Shown piece by piece: positions 43,214-52,957 of a stretch of 64,000 nucleotides of DNA. The position numbers and the translations under genes were made by a program. Position 1 is the stretch's first letter; each line of letters begins with the position of its first letter. The notes under the pieces were generated by a model that was not told the DNA's origin, did not search any database, and was given only the letters and a program-made list of their open reading frames with translations. Location of the stretch: contig PAPV01000002.1 of NCBI GenBank assembly GCA_002709075.1, forward strand, positions 31,098 through 95,097, read 5' to 3'. Origin of the DNA: Rhodospirillaceae bacterium (lineage in GTDB: Bacteria > Pseudomonadota > Alphaproteobacteria > MPNO01 > UBA2964).

Positions 43214-43878
43214 ATGAAGAATTACCAAAACTTTCCGGACCTATTTTTGGACCGCGCTCAACAAACCATGCTAAATCAATTGTTCTTTTACTTCATGGTT
43301 ACGGATCAAATGGTGATGATTTAATTGGGCTTGCCCCGGTTTTTTCAGAGCAATTGTCAGAAACAATATTTTTATCACCAAATGCTCCTTTCAAATGTGA
43401 GGCAAATCCTTCGGGTGGATTTCAATGGTTCGACGTTTGGGAAACGGATCATGACAAACGCATTTACGCACTTCGTTTCGCAGAGGAAATCATAAACAAT
43501 TTTATTGACTTTCAACTGGAAAAGCTCGGTTTGGATGACTCAAAATTAGTTTTTTTGGGGTTTTCACAAGGGACTATGTTATCTATGCAAACGGCTCTGC
43601 GCAGAAAAAAAAAGTGCGCAGGTATTTTGGGATATTCAGGTCGTTTGGAGTTCCCAGACAGGCTTCCTGATGAAATACAGTCGCGTCCGTTGGTTACACT
43701 AATCCACGGGGAGGATGATCCTCTGCTGGCTATTGATTTAATGAATGAAGCGGAAACCGTCCTTCTTAAAAATGGTGTAAGTGTCAATTCCTTTAGAAGA
43801 CCGGGTCTTGGACATGGAATTGATATGGAGGGGATTAAGATCGGTATGGAATTTTTGTCAAAGAGATTAAATAACTAA
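43210..43878 (+). CDS. phospholipase/carboxylesterase family alpha/beta hydrolase
   Basis: GFSQG nucleophile elbow and an HG…D…H arrangement. Resembles Est/PLP-carboxylesterase. Confidence 0.75.
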   Translation: MNEELPKLSGPIFGPRSTNHAKSIVLLLHGYGSNGDDLIGLAPVFSEQLSETIFLSPNAPFKCEANPSGGFQWFDVWETDHDKRIYALRFAEEIINNFIDFQLEKLGLDDSKLVFLGFSQGTMLSMQTALRRKKKCAGILGYSGRLEFPDRLPDEIQSRPLVTLIHGEDDPLLAIDLMNEAETVLLKNGVSVNSFRRPGLGHGIDMEGIKIGMEFLSKRLNN

Positions 43879-44100
43879 AGCTTATGATGTGTTGTGATGC
43901 AGCTTTTGTAAGTCAGATCAATTAAACTAATATCTACAATGAATTTTATTACCTTTCATATTTTAGATTTCAGCATTACCCAATAAAACTTTATTCTGTG
44001 TATCAGTTTTTTTGGGAATGTTAACTTTTGTGGTTAAAAGAATGATCAAAAGAAAACAGATTAAAATTTAATATTTACGACGAAGAGTAGGGATACATTA

Positions 44101-44502
44101 ATGATAAAAACCAAAGGTGTTTGTCATTTTACTATTGCGGTAACAGATAGTCGCCGAAGCACACAGTTTTATACAGACATACTTGGCTTTCGATTATTAA
44201 ACGCTAATCACGAACGTGGTATGGTTTTTTTAGATACCGGAGGAGATTGTGTTGTTCTCATGAAAACGGAGACCACAATTTCTCCTATTCGGCAACGAGA
44301 TGCCCACCATGCATTTCATATTGACTCTGGTGATTTTGATTCGGCGCTTAAATTTCTTAATGATATGCAGGTAGAAATACTTTTAGTTGAGGAACGTAAA
44401 AATAAAGCTGTTGTAACAGGAAGAAGTATTTATTTTCCGGATCCCGACGGAAATGTGCTAGAGCTTGTGGATATGTACTCATATTCAGGGTCTATTGAGT
44501 AG
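44101..44502 (+). CDS. VOC/glyoxalase-family protein
   Basis: Beta-alpha-beta-beta-beta modules (HFTIAVTD…FHID…). Confidence 0.65.
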   Translation: MIKTKGVCHFTIAVTDSRRSTQFYTDILGFRLLNANHERGMVFLDTGGDCVVLMKTETTISPIRQRDAHHAFHIDSGDFDSALKFLNDMQVEILLVEERKNKAVVTGRSIYFPDPDGNVLELVDMYSYSGSIE

Positions 44503-44544
44503 AAAGCCAATGTCAAAATTGAACTTTCTTCTTTCCTTTCAATA

Positions 44545-45429
44545 TTACGCCTTGCTCTGTTTAGTATATGGGGCATCACCTTCAACAACTGTTCGATGCA
44601 TTCGACGAATATCCGGTAAACCATATCCACCTACTGCTCGATGACAAAGACAACGATTATCCCAAATTATTAGGTCATTGTTTTGATATTGGTGCCGGTA
44701 GTGAAAAGAACCTTTTTTGTCTAAAATAAATGCAAAAAGCTGTTCCAAAATATAGTCGGCTTCGTTATCTTCCAATCCGTCTATACCAATAGTGAACCTT
44801 GGTGAACAGTAAAGTGCACTTCGTCCTGTTTCAGGATGTTTTAATACCAGAGGTTGGAGTACAGCGGGTAATTCTCTAGATTGTTGCTCATAAAATTTTT
44901 TGGCGTCCGGACGACCAGGAGAGATTGTAACTCGTTTGTTTCGCAACTTACTGACGTGGTGAACGCCTAATTTTGCATCGATAGTTTTTTTGAGATCATT
45001 TGGAAGTGCATCATAAACTGCGTACATATTACAAAACTCGGTATCCCCTCCGAGTTTAGGATTGCGTACTGACTGTAAAATTGTGATTTTAGATGGAATT
45101 TTGATATGTGATGAGTCAGAATGCCAGAAATCTCCACCGTCAACCACACCCACCGCGGTACCGTCGGCACAAATCTCATTTGACAATATCATTACGTATT
45201 CGGTTTCTTTGGTGGTGTATTTGACGTTGGCAGGAATTTCCAAACTACCAAAAAGGGATGAGAATTTTACTTGCGCGTGGGGATGCAGGGTCTGATCACG
45301 AATGACTAAAACCTGATAAATCAGAAGCGCTTCTTTGATTCTTTTTTCGTTGCTTTTGCTCAGGTGCTCACATAAATCAATGCCAGTGATCTCTGCACCG
45401 AAAATATCAGATAAAGGATTGATTTGCAT
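44545..45429 (-). CDS. TauD/TfdA-family Fe(II)/2-oxoglutarate dioxygenase
   Basis: HxD…H facial triad (HSDSSH…H) and TauD-like length. Confidence 0.8.
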   Translation of the reverse strand: MQINPLSDIFGAEITGIDLCEHLSKSNEKRIKEALLIYQVLVIRDQTLHPHAQVKFSSLFGSLEIPANVKYTTKETEYVMILSNEICADGTAVGVVDGGDFWHSDSSHIKIPSKITILQSVRNPKLGGDTEFCNMYAVYDALPNDLKKTIDAKLGVHHVSKLRNKRVTISPGRPDAKKFYEQQSRELPAVLQPLVLKHPETGRSALYCSPRFTIGIDGLEDNEADYILEQLFAFILDKKGSFHYRHQYQNNDLIIWDNRCLCHRAVGGYGLPDIRRMHRTVVEGDAPYTKQSKA

Positions 45430-45593
45430 TTTTATCTATACACGTAATGATGTTTTTTCGTTTTTTTAACAATTGAACAAGAAACAAAATAAATTTCAAA
45501 AAGGGAACTTTAAATTTCAGTTTCTCTTGCATTTCCTAGAAATTACAAAAAAATTAAGTCAACTAAACTTTTAAGCCTTTGTGAGTAATTCAA

Positions 45594-46160
45594 TTAAATT
45601 CTAGTACTCAACCAAATCGCAACTCGAGAGCTAGCTTTTACGGCGGCAGTCAAAAGTGTGTATCCCGGAGCATCTGCTGATCCTTCCTCCCGAGCTAAAT
45701 CACGATGAGCAAGTTCGTCCTGTCTAAAATCTTCGATCATGTCTCGTAACTCTCTTTCTTCGTCTCCCAGTTTCGACGCTTGTTCGGAGTAATGTTCATC
45801 TATAACTTCTTCAACAGCCTCGGTGCATGCCATTGCTGCCTTTGGCCCAATCAACGCAGTGCCTGCTCCTAATGCAAATCCAGCAATGTGCCAGAGAGGG
45901 GATAAGACTGTTGGGCGAATGCGCCTCTCGTTAATAAGTTTCTCAAATCCCTTGCGATGACGCTTTTCTTCTTCTGCCATTTCACGAATTGAACTTTCAT
46001 ATTCTGTTCCTCTGAGCACTGCTAACTGGCCTTCGTAAATACGAACTGCACCGTATTCTCCGGCATGATCTACCCGTATCATTCTCTCAACAACAGTACC
46101 TTTTGTTTGATCACCTGGCAAAGATCGTGACACCGTTTTACTTTGGGTTGGCTTAGTCAT
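45594..46160 (-). CDS. coq7: demethoxyubiquinone hydroxylase COQ7 (di-iron)
   Basis: Carries the ferritin-like carboxylate-bridged di-iron motifs ExxH (MACTEAVEEVIDEHY; ELAHRD). Confidence 0.8.
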   Translation of the reverse strand: MTKPTQSKTVSRSLPGDQTKGTVVERMIRVDHAGEYGAVRIYEGQLAVLRGTEYESSIREMAEEEKRHRKGFEKLINERRIRPTVLSPLWHIAGFALGAGTALIGPKAAMACTEAVEEVIDEHYSEQASKLGDEERELRDMIEDFRQDELAHRDLAREEGSADAPGYTLLTAAVKASSRVAIWLSTRI

Positions 46161-46668
46161 AAATATCCTTTAGCTGAACTTTGGTAGAAATAAAAGCTAT
46201 TATACCTGCACCAAGTGAAATCAGTCCATTGTAAACAGCCATCGATAGCCCGAAAAATGAGACAGTCACTTCACTACAACGCACCATTTCCGTCTCCAAA
46301 AGTCTTTTGTGGAGAGCCCCAATCGTTGTTTCTGTTGCAAGATTTGAACAAGCAGAAAAACCACTATAAATACCGTATTCAATTCCTGCATGATAAAACC
46401 CTGTTCCTGAGGAAGTCAAAAGACAAAGCCCAATCAGCCAGAGTAATCGTTTTCTTTGTTTGTCTAAAAGTTTTATAAAAAAACCTAAAAAACCAAACGC
46501 AACAACTAGGAAATGCGGGTATCTCTGAATGTTGCATAAAAAACAGGGTTCAAATCCTCCGTAGTATTGAGTAGAAAATGCAACAAAAAGTATAAATGCC
46601 GATAAGGATGCTAATGCTAAGCAAACAAATCGCCAATTGTGCAAATAATTTACTGTATACCTAAACAT
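46153..46668 (-). CDS. dsbB: DsbB-family disulfide bond formation protein
   Basis: Four TM helices with a CFLC pair and a second periplasmic Cys pair. The start overlaps coq7 by 8 nt. Confidence 0.6.
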   Translation of the reverse strand: MFRYTVNYLHNWRFVCLALASLSAFILFVAFSTQYYGGFEPCFLCNIQRYPHFLVVAFGFLGFFIKLLDKQRKRLLWLIGLCLLTSSGTGFYHAGIEYGIYSGFSACSNLATETTIGALHKRLLETEMVRCSEVTVSFFGLSMAVYNGLISLGAGIIAFISTKVQLKDIYD

Positions 46669-46720
46669 AAAATGCAGATAATTGCTGACTAATTATTTAT
46701 TAAAACCTGGTATTCATGAC

Positions 46721-47302
46721 TTAAATTATATATTTGATAGCAAGAAAACCGCCTAGAATTAAAATAACAAAAATTGAAAACACCAGAGTTGTTCTCTTTT
46801 CAATAAAAGCTTGTATTTTTTGACCAAACCAATAAAGAATTAAAGCTATAAAAAAGAAACGTATGCCGCGTGCTAGCAAAGAAGTGAGCGCAAAAGTAGT
46901 CATGTCTAATTGGGTAAACCCGGATGCGATCGTAATTAATTTGTATGGAATCATAGTTGTACCGCCTATAAATACAATCCATTCACCATACTCGTTATAT
47001 AAATTTTGAAAGTTTGTAAATTTGTTTCCATATGAGTAGAGTTCAAGTAATGGACGCCCCAATGTATCAAATGCAAAATAACCGATTGCATAGCCAGCCA
47101 TGCCTCCAAAAACAGATGTTATCGTGCAAATTGCAGCTAATGTAAACCAACGAGAAGGGGCAGCTATAACCATTGGAATAAGAATCACATCTGGCGGAAT
47201 TGGGAAGATTGAACTTTCAACGAACGCAATAAAAGCAAGTGCCCACACAGCATGAGGTTTAGTAGATAGGTTTATCACCCATTTATACGTTTTTTGAAGC
47301 AC
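46721..47302 (-). CDS. DedA/SNARE-associated (YqaA-like) membrane protein
   Basis: DedA-family core with multiple TM helices. Confidence 0.7.
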   Translation of the reverse strand: MLQKTYKWVINLSTKPHAVWALAFIAFVESSIFPIPPDVILIPMVIAAPSRWFTLAAICTITSVFGGMAGYAIGYFAFDTLGRPLLELYSYGNKFTNFQNLYNEYGEWIVFIGGTTMIPYKLITIASGFTQLDMTTFALTSLLARGIRFFFIALILYWFGQKIQAFIEKRTTLVFSIFVILILGGFLAIKYII

Positions 47303-47469
47303 TTAAACTCCTTTTTAGAAGAAAATTCACATTCAATTGCGAAACTATCGATGCCACTGAATTGCCTGTGTTGTATTTGCCTTTTATTTTAATAACATCT
47401 GCGATTCATATGAACTAATTGACCGATCACTTGGCGTCTGTATTATTGCGAGTCTATCCAAGTCTGAAA

Positions 47470-47556
47470 GCCCCTGTGGCGGAATTGGTAGACGCGGCAG
47501 ACTCAAAATCTGTTATTGGAAACGATGTGGGAGTTCGAGTCTCCCCGGGGGCACCA
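47470..47556 (+). tRNA. tRNA-Leu (anticodon CAA)
   Basis: Cloverleaf folded by hand. Acceptor stem GCCCCTG/CGGGGGC, D-arm with GG, anticodon loop ACTCAAAAT (CAA), a long variable arm, T-arm GGGAG-TTCGAGT-CTCCC, and an encoded CCA end. Confidence 0.9.
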
Positions 47557-47843
47557 AAGTTTCTTTGCATATAAAAAATGTAAAAAGTGATACTTTAATT
47601 TGCTGTTGAGATTTTTCTTTTCTTGATGGTAGTTTCTAAATCCAAAAATATTTTAAATAGTAAGTCAACTTTTTTATAAGCGTCCCACCCCCTTAGGTCG
47701 TTGTAAGAAAATTATTACTCAAGGCTGTTTATTTCTTAGTCTATTGCAAATAGCTGATTTCAGTGCAGTAAATAAAAATCTATTTTGGTTTTTTGTATAA
47801 AAATTGGGTTCTTTGAAGGTAAAATATATGGCAGTATCTTTGT

Positions 47844-48938
47844 ATGCTAGCTACTAGAAAGCAATATCAGGTGGAGTTTGGAGCGGGGAAATTAGAGGAA
47901 CTTAAAATTCTTCAGATTATTGGCTCATCTGGAAGTGGTGGTGCAGAAAAATTTTATTTAAAGTTCATAGAGTCTATTCGGTCAGTGTGCAAGATTGTCC
48001 CATTGGTCAGATCAGGCTCTTGGGTAGCTTCACAATTAGATGCAGCACGAATTCCCTACAACACAGCCAGTTTTGGTGGTTATTTTGATTGCAAAACTCG
48101 TATCAAAATATCTCAGATTATCGAGGAGGAACAGCCGCATATCGCTCAAACTTGGATGAGCAGAGCAAGCAGACATATGCCTAAAGATTCCAACGTTAAA
48201 TGGATTGGCCGGCTTGGAGGGTATTATGATTTAAAGTATTACAAGGGGGCAGATATGCTGGTAGGCAATACTAAAGATATTTGCGCTTACTTGGTCCGCA
48301 ATGGCTGGCCAGAAGAACAGGTGAGTTACCTTCCAAACTTTGCTATTAAGTCCCCAGAAATTTTTAAAGCGGATAGAGTCAAAAATCGTCAAAAAATGGG
48401 CATTCCAGAAGATGCAATCCTTCTTTTTTCAGCCGGTCGCTTTCACAAAAATAAGGGATATGATTTGGCCGTCAAGGCAATTGCAAAACTCCCTCAAGAA
48501 TTTCATCTTTTAGTGGCTGGGGAGGGCCCGGAAAAAAAATCATTATTGTCTGACATAAAGAGGTTATCTCTGCAATCACGTGTTCACATTTATGGTTGGG
48601 CTGACGACATTACCCCGTATGTTCAAGTTGCAGATATTTGGCTTGTTCCTTCTCGAATTGAACCGCTGGGAAACGTTATACTGGAAAGTTGGGCCTCCGG
48701 AATTCCGATAGTGGCAAGTGACGCTGTCGGTCCTAGGTTTCTCATTGAAAATGGTAGCACAGGTTTATTATTTAGGAATGGTGACTGCGTTGATCTTGCA
48801 ACTGAAGTAAAAAAGTTATCGACAGATCCTGTTTTAATGAACATGCTGATACAGAACGGTAAAAAAAGATTTTCTGAGGATTTCAGTAGAGAACGAGTTC
48901 TTGAGAAGTGGGTAAAATTTTATAAAAATCTTTTGTAG
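47844..48938 (+). CDS. glycosyltransferase family 4 (GT1-like)
   Basis: N-terminal IGSSGSGGAEKF and a C-terminal E-x7-E region (EPLGNVILESWASGIPIV). Confidence 0.75.
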   Translation: MLATRKQYQVEFGAGKLEELKILQIIGSSGSGGAEKFYLKFIESIRSVCKIVPLVRSGSWVASQLDAARIPYNTASFGGYFDCKTRIKISQIIEEEQPHIAQTWMSRASRHMPKDSNVKWIGRLGGYYDLKYYKGADMLVGNTKDICAYLVRNGWPEEQVSYLPNFAIKSPEIFKADRVKNRQKMGIPEDAILLFSAGRFHKNKGYDLAVKAIAKLPQEFHLLVAGEGPEKKSLLSDIKRLSLQSRVHIYGWADDITPYVQVADIWLVPSRIEPLGNVILESWASGIPIVASDAVGPRFLIENGSTGLLFRNGDCVDLATEVKKLSTDPVLMNMLIQNGKKRFSEDFSRERVLEKWVKFYKNLL

Positions 48939-48974
48939 GAGTATTTTCAATTGTGAGGTATTTTATAAAGACTT

Positions 48975-49424
48975 TTAAGTTTGCTGTAAAACCGCAAGTC
49001 CTGCTTTTGCTACTTCAAGGTCTTGTATACCAGTTCCAGAACCCACTCCAATCCCTCCCACAACATGACCCTGAACAATTATAGGTAGTCCGCCGGGCAG
49101 GTTAATCCGTTTACCCCTTGTCCCTAGGGCAAGCTTAATATCGATGCCAGATTCTAAATCACCTGTTGGAATGCCATAGCATGCTGCGGTTTGGGCTTTC
49201 CTCAATGATGTTTCAAACGACATAGAAAAAGCTCCATCCATTCGTGCAAAAACAATTAAATGGCCCCCACTGTCGACAACAGATATACATTGCGCCACGG
49301 CAATTTCAGATGATTTGGTGATTGCTGCTTTGAGTATCTTCAACGCGCCATCGAAACTTAGATTTAGTGAGCTGAATGTGTTTGCCATATTAATCACCCT
49401 GATTAATTTTATGCAGCGCGACAA
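48975..49424 (-). CDS. GlcG/DUF336 heme-binding-like protein
   Basis: Shows the DUF336 pattern (…AVVDSGGHLIVFARMDGA…GGLPIIVQGHVVGGIGVSG). Confidence 0.65.
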   Translation of the reverse strand: MSRCIKLIRVINMANTFSSLNLSFDGALKILKAAITKSSEIAVAQCISVVDSGGHLIVFARMDGAFSMSFETSLRKAQTAACYGIPTGDLESGIDIKLALGTRGKRINLPGGLPIIVQGHVVGGIGVGSGTGIQDLEVAKAGLAVLQQT

Positions 49425-49558
49425 TGTAGGTATTAATAATTTTATAGTTAATGCACAAACTTATTCGACCCCATTATTTCGGCCGAGCATCCGAGTTGTG
49501 AACCAATAAAAAAATGTCAACGCTTATTTGATTATTTTTACTATACTTTCGAAAGATA

Positions 49559-49786
49559 TTAGGATGCATTATCACCCAAAGTTTCTATAGTTATATCTAT
49601 TTGAGCACGTAGCTTTTTTAACCATATTACTACCCGTTCAAAATCGTCCGAAGAATATTCCTCTTTGAACAACTCGTGGTCATTCAACAATTTGGCGATA
49701 ATTTCTACAAACTGTAGTTGGTCCGTATCAAGTTTATTCATGTGTACTTTCTTTATAGTAAATTGCTGTATAAATATAAGATGCAA
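49559..49786 (-). CDS. hypothetical small acidic protein
   Basis: 75-aa ORF. A more plausible start is the internal MNKLDTDQLQF… at 49741. No recognisable family, and coding status is uncertain. Confidence 0.3.
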   Translation of the reverse strand: MHLIFIQQFTIKKVHMNKLDTDQLQFVEIIAKLLNDHELFKEEYSSDDFERVVIWLKKLRAQIDITIETLGDNAS

Positions 49787-49887
49787 AACCGCATTATGGC
49801 AGGGTGCAAACTAAGCGGAAGTGCTTACAAAAGTCCAGAGGAATTCTAAACCAACGTTTAACTATAAATATACGACAGAGATAAGAT

Positions 49888-50664
49888 ATGGACATAATTA
49901 TTGAATTTCTTACGGGTGGTACTCCGTTAAACTTAGTTAGTTTTTCAAGCTTGTGTATAACTTCCTTTTTCGCAAGTCTTATTGCAACATCAATTGGACT
50001 TGGTGGTGGTCTCTTAGTGTTGGCAACAATGACACTTGTATTGCCTCCGGCTGTGCTAATACCAATCCACGGATTAGTTCAAATTGGCTCAAATGGTTTC
50101 CGTGCTTGGTTACTTCGAAAAAAGATTTTATTTTCTATTGTTCCAGCTTTTATCCTTGGTTCCTTGATGGGAGCGGTGCTTGGCGGCTTTTTGCATTTTG
50201 GGATTCAAACTTGGGTTCTTCAATTAATACTTGGGGTTTTTGTTCTTTATGCAACTTGGTCTCCCGGATTTAAAAGTAGTCGCCCAGGACCACTAAGATT
50301 TTTATGCGCCGGACTATTTAGTGGGCTTGTCACGATGTTTGTTGGGGCAACGGGTCCTTTAGTTGCTCCTTTTGTAAAGGCGGCATGCGATGAAAAACAG
50401 CAGGTGGTCTCTACCCATGCAATGCTTATGACTTTTCAGCATGGTTTCAAAGTTTTGGCATTTGGTGTTTTAGGATTTAGTTTTGGATCCTACATCCCTC
50501 TGTTGGTTGGCCTTATTGGTTTTGGAATGCTTGGAACACTGGTTGGGCGTATGGTACTTAAAAAGTTACCTGAGAATATTTTCCGGACTATATTTCAGAT
50601 TGTCATAACGTCACTTGCTATTCGATTATTGTACTCGGCTGCTGCATCTTTTTTTGAATTTTGA
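49888..50664 (+). CDS. TauE/SafE-family sulfite/anion exporter
   Basis: 7-8 TM helices with internal repeat glycine motifs. Confidence 0.75.
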   Translation: MDIIIEFLTGGTPLNLVSFSSLCITSFFASLIATSIGLGGGLLVLATMTLVLPPAVLIPIHGLVQIGSNGFRAWLLRKKILFSIVPAFILGSLMGAVLGGFLHFGIQTWVLQLILGVFVLYATWSPGFKSSRPGPLRFLCAGLFSGLVTMFVGATGPLVAPFVKAACDEKQQVVSTHAMLMTFQHGFKVLAFGVLGFSFGSYIPLLVGLIGFGMLGTLVGRMVLKKLPENIFRTIFQIVITSLAIRLLYSAAASFFEF

Positions 50665-50889
50665 TTATTTAAAAGTTTGTCAAAATTTATTTTTTCCCCC
50701 ATATCGGGAAAGTTATTAACTAGAGTTTTTGATAACCAGTGATAAAATTATTTGATTTTATCTATGGATTGATGGAAGTTTATATTAGGAAATTTTCAGG
50801 GTATGTCTGATAATATTAAGACTGTCAAAATTGTTGTTGAAATATAAGCCGCGCTTTCATTTACTTCCGCGCATGAAAAGAGGGTAATA

Positions 50890-51390
50890 ATGTCTACAGA
50901 AAAGAAGCACATCATCGCTGATTTTCCGCAAGGGGGACATAACCATGCAATATGCATATCCGACGCATTAGCGATGGCAGAGAAGTTGTGCGCAGATAAT
51001 TCGGTTCGACTAACTGAATTGCGTCGAAAAGTGCTTGAACTGGTTTGGTCGAGTCACAAGCCTCTTGGAGCTTATGATATTCTTGAAATGTTGCAGGAAC
51101 AACGTGGAGTTACGGCACCACCCACGGTATATCGTGCCCTTGATTTTCTTCTTGCCCATAAATTAATACATCGTATTGAGTCCTTGAACGCATATGTGGG
51201 GTGTGCGTCACCAAATCATCTGAATGGTGGACAGTTTCTGATATGTAAAAAATGCGGTACTACCGCAGAACTTGATGATTATGACTTGGCAAAAAAAATA
51301 GACGATCGTGCTGAAGGGCTAGGTTTTCAGGTTCTGCATCAAATGATAGAGGTGTCTGGTCTATGTCGAGATTGTGTTGGAGACAAATAA
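50890..51390 (+). CDS. zur: Fur-family zinc uptake regulator
   Basis: Fur fold with a C-terminal CxxC…CxxC (CKKCG…CRDC). Sits directly upstream of znuCB. Confidence 0.8.
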   Translation: MSTEKKHIIADFPQGGHNHAICISDALAMAEKLCADNSVRLTELRRKVLELVWSSHKPLGAYDILEMLQEQRGVTAPPTVYRALDFLLAHKLIHRIESLNAYVGCASPNHLNGGQFLICKKCGTTAELDDYDLAKKIDDRAEGLGFQVLHQMIEVSGLCRDCVGDK

Positions 51391-51399
51391 TTCTTCTGA

Positions 51400-52182
51400 G
51401 TGCAGATTATGCCAATTCGTGACGAGCAATCAATTCTTTTAGGATCAGACCTTTCACTTTCCTACAACAACTCACAGGTCTTAGACTGTGTTTCGTTGGA
51501 CATCAAACGAGGTCACATAACTACCCTAGTAGGACCAAATGGATCAGGTAAAACTTCTCTAATTAAAATTTTGTTAGAGATGATAAAACCCGATAGTGGA
51601 TATGTTTATCGGCAATCCGGCATTCGTATCGGTTATGTACCACAGTTTGTAAAGATCGATCCTACCCTGCCTTTGACAGTGCAACGGTTTGTTTCTTTAG
51701 GTGGCAGAAATCCATTAAATGAAATCGAAAAAATATTAGCTGAAGTTGGTGCAAATTACATTAAAGACAAGCCGTTTCAAAGTCTCTCTGGTGGTGAAAG
51801 GCGCCGGGTTCTATTAGCCCGCGCACTCTTGAATAAGCCAGATTTATTGGTGTTAGATGAGCCAACAGCTGGCGTTGATGTCACTGGCCAGATAGCCCTT
51901 TATCGGTTGATCGCTGATATTAGAGATCGCCGGGGAGTTGGTGTTCTTTTAGTTTCGCACAATCTTCATCTCGTGATGGCCGCAACAGATCACGTTATAT
52001 GTCTTAATTGTCATATTTGTTGTGAAGGCCGCCCTGAGAACATCAGTAGAGCACCAGAATTTCTTGAAATTTTTGGTCGTGAAGCGACTGACGCTTTGGC
52101 ACTTTATGCTCATCATCATGATCATAATCATGATGACGGAGTTGGTGTTCCCCTCAGTGCGCACGAAAAAAATGCTGGATAA
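51400..52182 (+). CDS. znuC: zinc ABC transporter ATP-binding protein
   Basis: Walker A GPNGSGKTS, signature LSGGERRR and Walker B LLVLDEPT. C-terminal His-rich tail HHHDHNHDD. Confidence 0.85.
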   Translation: MQIMPIRDEQSILLGSDLSLSYNNSQVLDCVSLDIKRGHITTLVGPNGSGKTSLIKILLEMIKPDSGYVYRQSGIRIGYVPQFVKIDPTLPLTVQRFVSLGGRNPLNEIEKILAEVGANYIKDKPFQSLSGGERRRVLLARALLNKPDLLVLDEPTAGVDVTGQIALYRLIADIRDRRGVGVLLVSHNLHLVMAATDHVICLNCHICCEGRPENISRAPEFLEIFGREATDALALYAHHHDHNHDDGVGVPLSAHEKNAG

Positions 52183-52957
52183 CTTATTAATTCATGCATT
52201 GCTTGCTGGCGTAGGAATTTGTTTCCTTGCTGGACCACTAGGTTGTTTCGTGGTTTGGAGGCGTATGTCATATTTTGGCGCTACCCTTGCTCACGCAGCC
52301 TTGTTAGGGGTTGGTCTGGGGTTTGTGTTGTCCATTAACGTATATATAGCAATTATTGGAATCTGCGTTGCCGTATCCCTAATACTTGTAGCACTCGTAA
52401 AAGATCTCAGATTTGCTGATGATACTATTCTTGGTATTTTAGCGCATGGAACACTGGCAGCGGGCATCATTTCAGTCAGTATGTTTAGTAATGTTCGTTT
52501 GGACATCATGACATACTTATTTGGTGATATTCTATCAGTTTCGACTGCGGATCTCGTATGGATATATTGTGGAGGTGCAATATCTTTAATCTGTTTATTT
52601 TGCCTTTGGAGACCTCTTATATCGATTACTGCAGACGCTGATATTGCCTTTGTAGAAGGTGTATCTGTTTCTGTAGTGCGCATAATCTTTATGATTCTTA
52701 TAGCCTTCGTCATAGCAGTCACTATGAAAATTGTGGGCGTATTATTAATAATTTCATTATTAATAATACCTGCGGCTGCGGCTCGCCCATTTTCTCGGAC
52801 GCCGGAACAAATGGCTCTGCTCGCTATTGCCATTGGGTCAATATCGGTAGTAATGGGATTAAAGTTGAGCTGGTGGGTTGATACCCCAGCGTCACCTTCG
52901 ATTGTTGTAGCAGCAACAGCATTATTTTTTCTAACTCTTATAAAAAAACAGCGATAA
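52172..52957 (+). CDS. znuB: zinc ABC transporter permease
   Basis: ZnuB/TroCD-family TM protein. I took the ATG at 52172 (MLDNLLIHALLAG), which overlaps the znuC stop by 11 nt. The listed 52022 start lies inside znuC. Confidence 0.85.
   Translation: MLDNLLIHALLAGVGICFLAGPLGCFVVWRRMSYFGATLAHAALLGVGLGFVLSINVYIAIIGICVAVSLILVALVKDLRFADDTILGILAHGTLAAGIISVSMFSNVRLDIMTYLFGDILSVSTADLVWIYCGGAISLICLFCLWRPLISITADADIAFVEGVSVSVVRIIFMILIAFVIAVTMKIVGVLLIISLLIIPAAAARPFSRTPEQMALLAIAIGSISVVMGLKLSWWVDTPASPSIVVAATALFFLTLIKKQR

Noticed and set aside
51949-52164. Met/Ile-rich 71-aa minus-strand ORF over the znuC 3' end
   Set aside because: Reverse frame of the His-codon-rich (CAT/ATG repeats) ZnuC tail region, not a gene.
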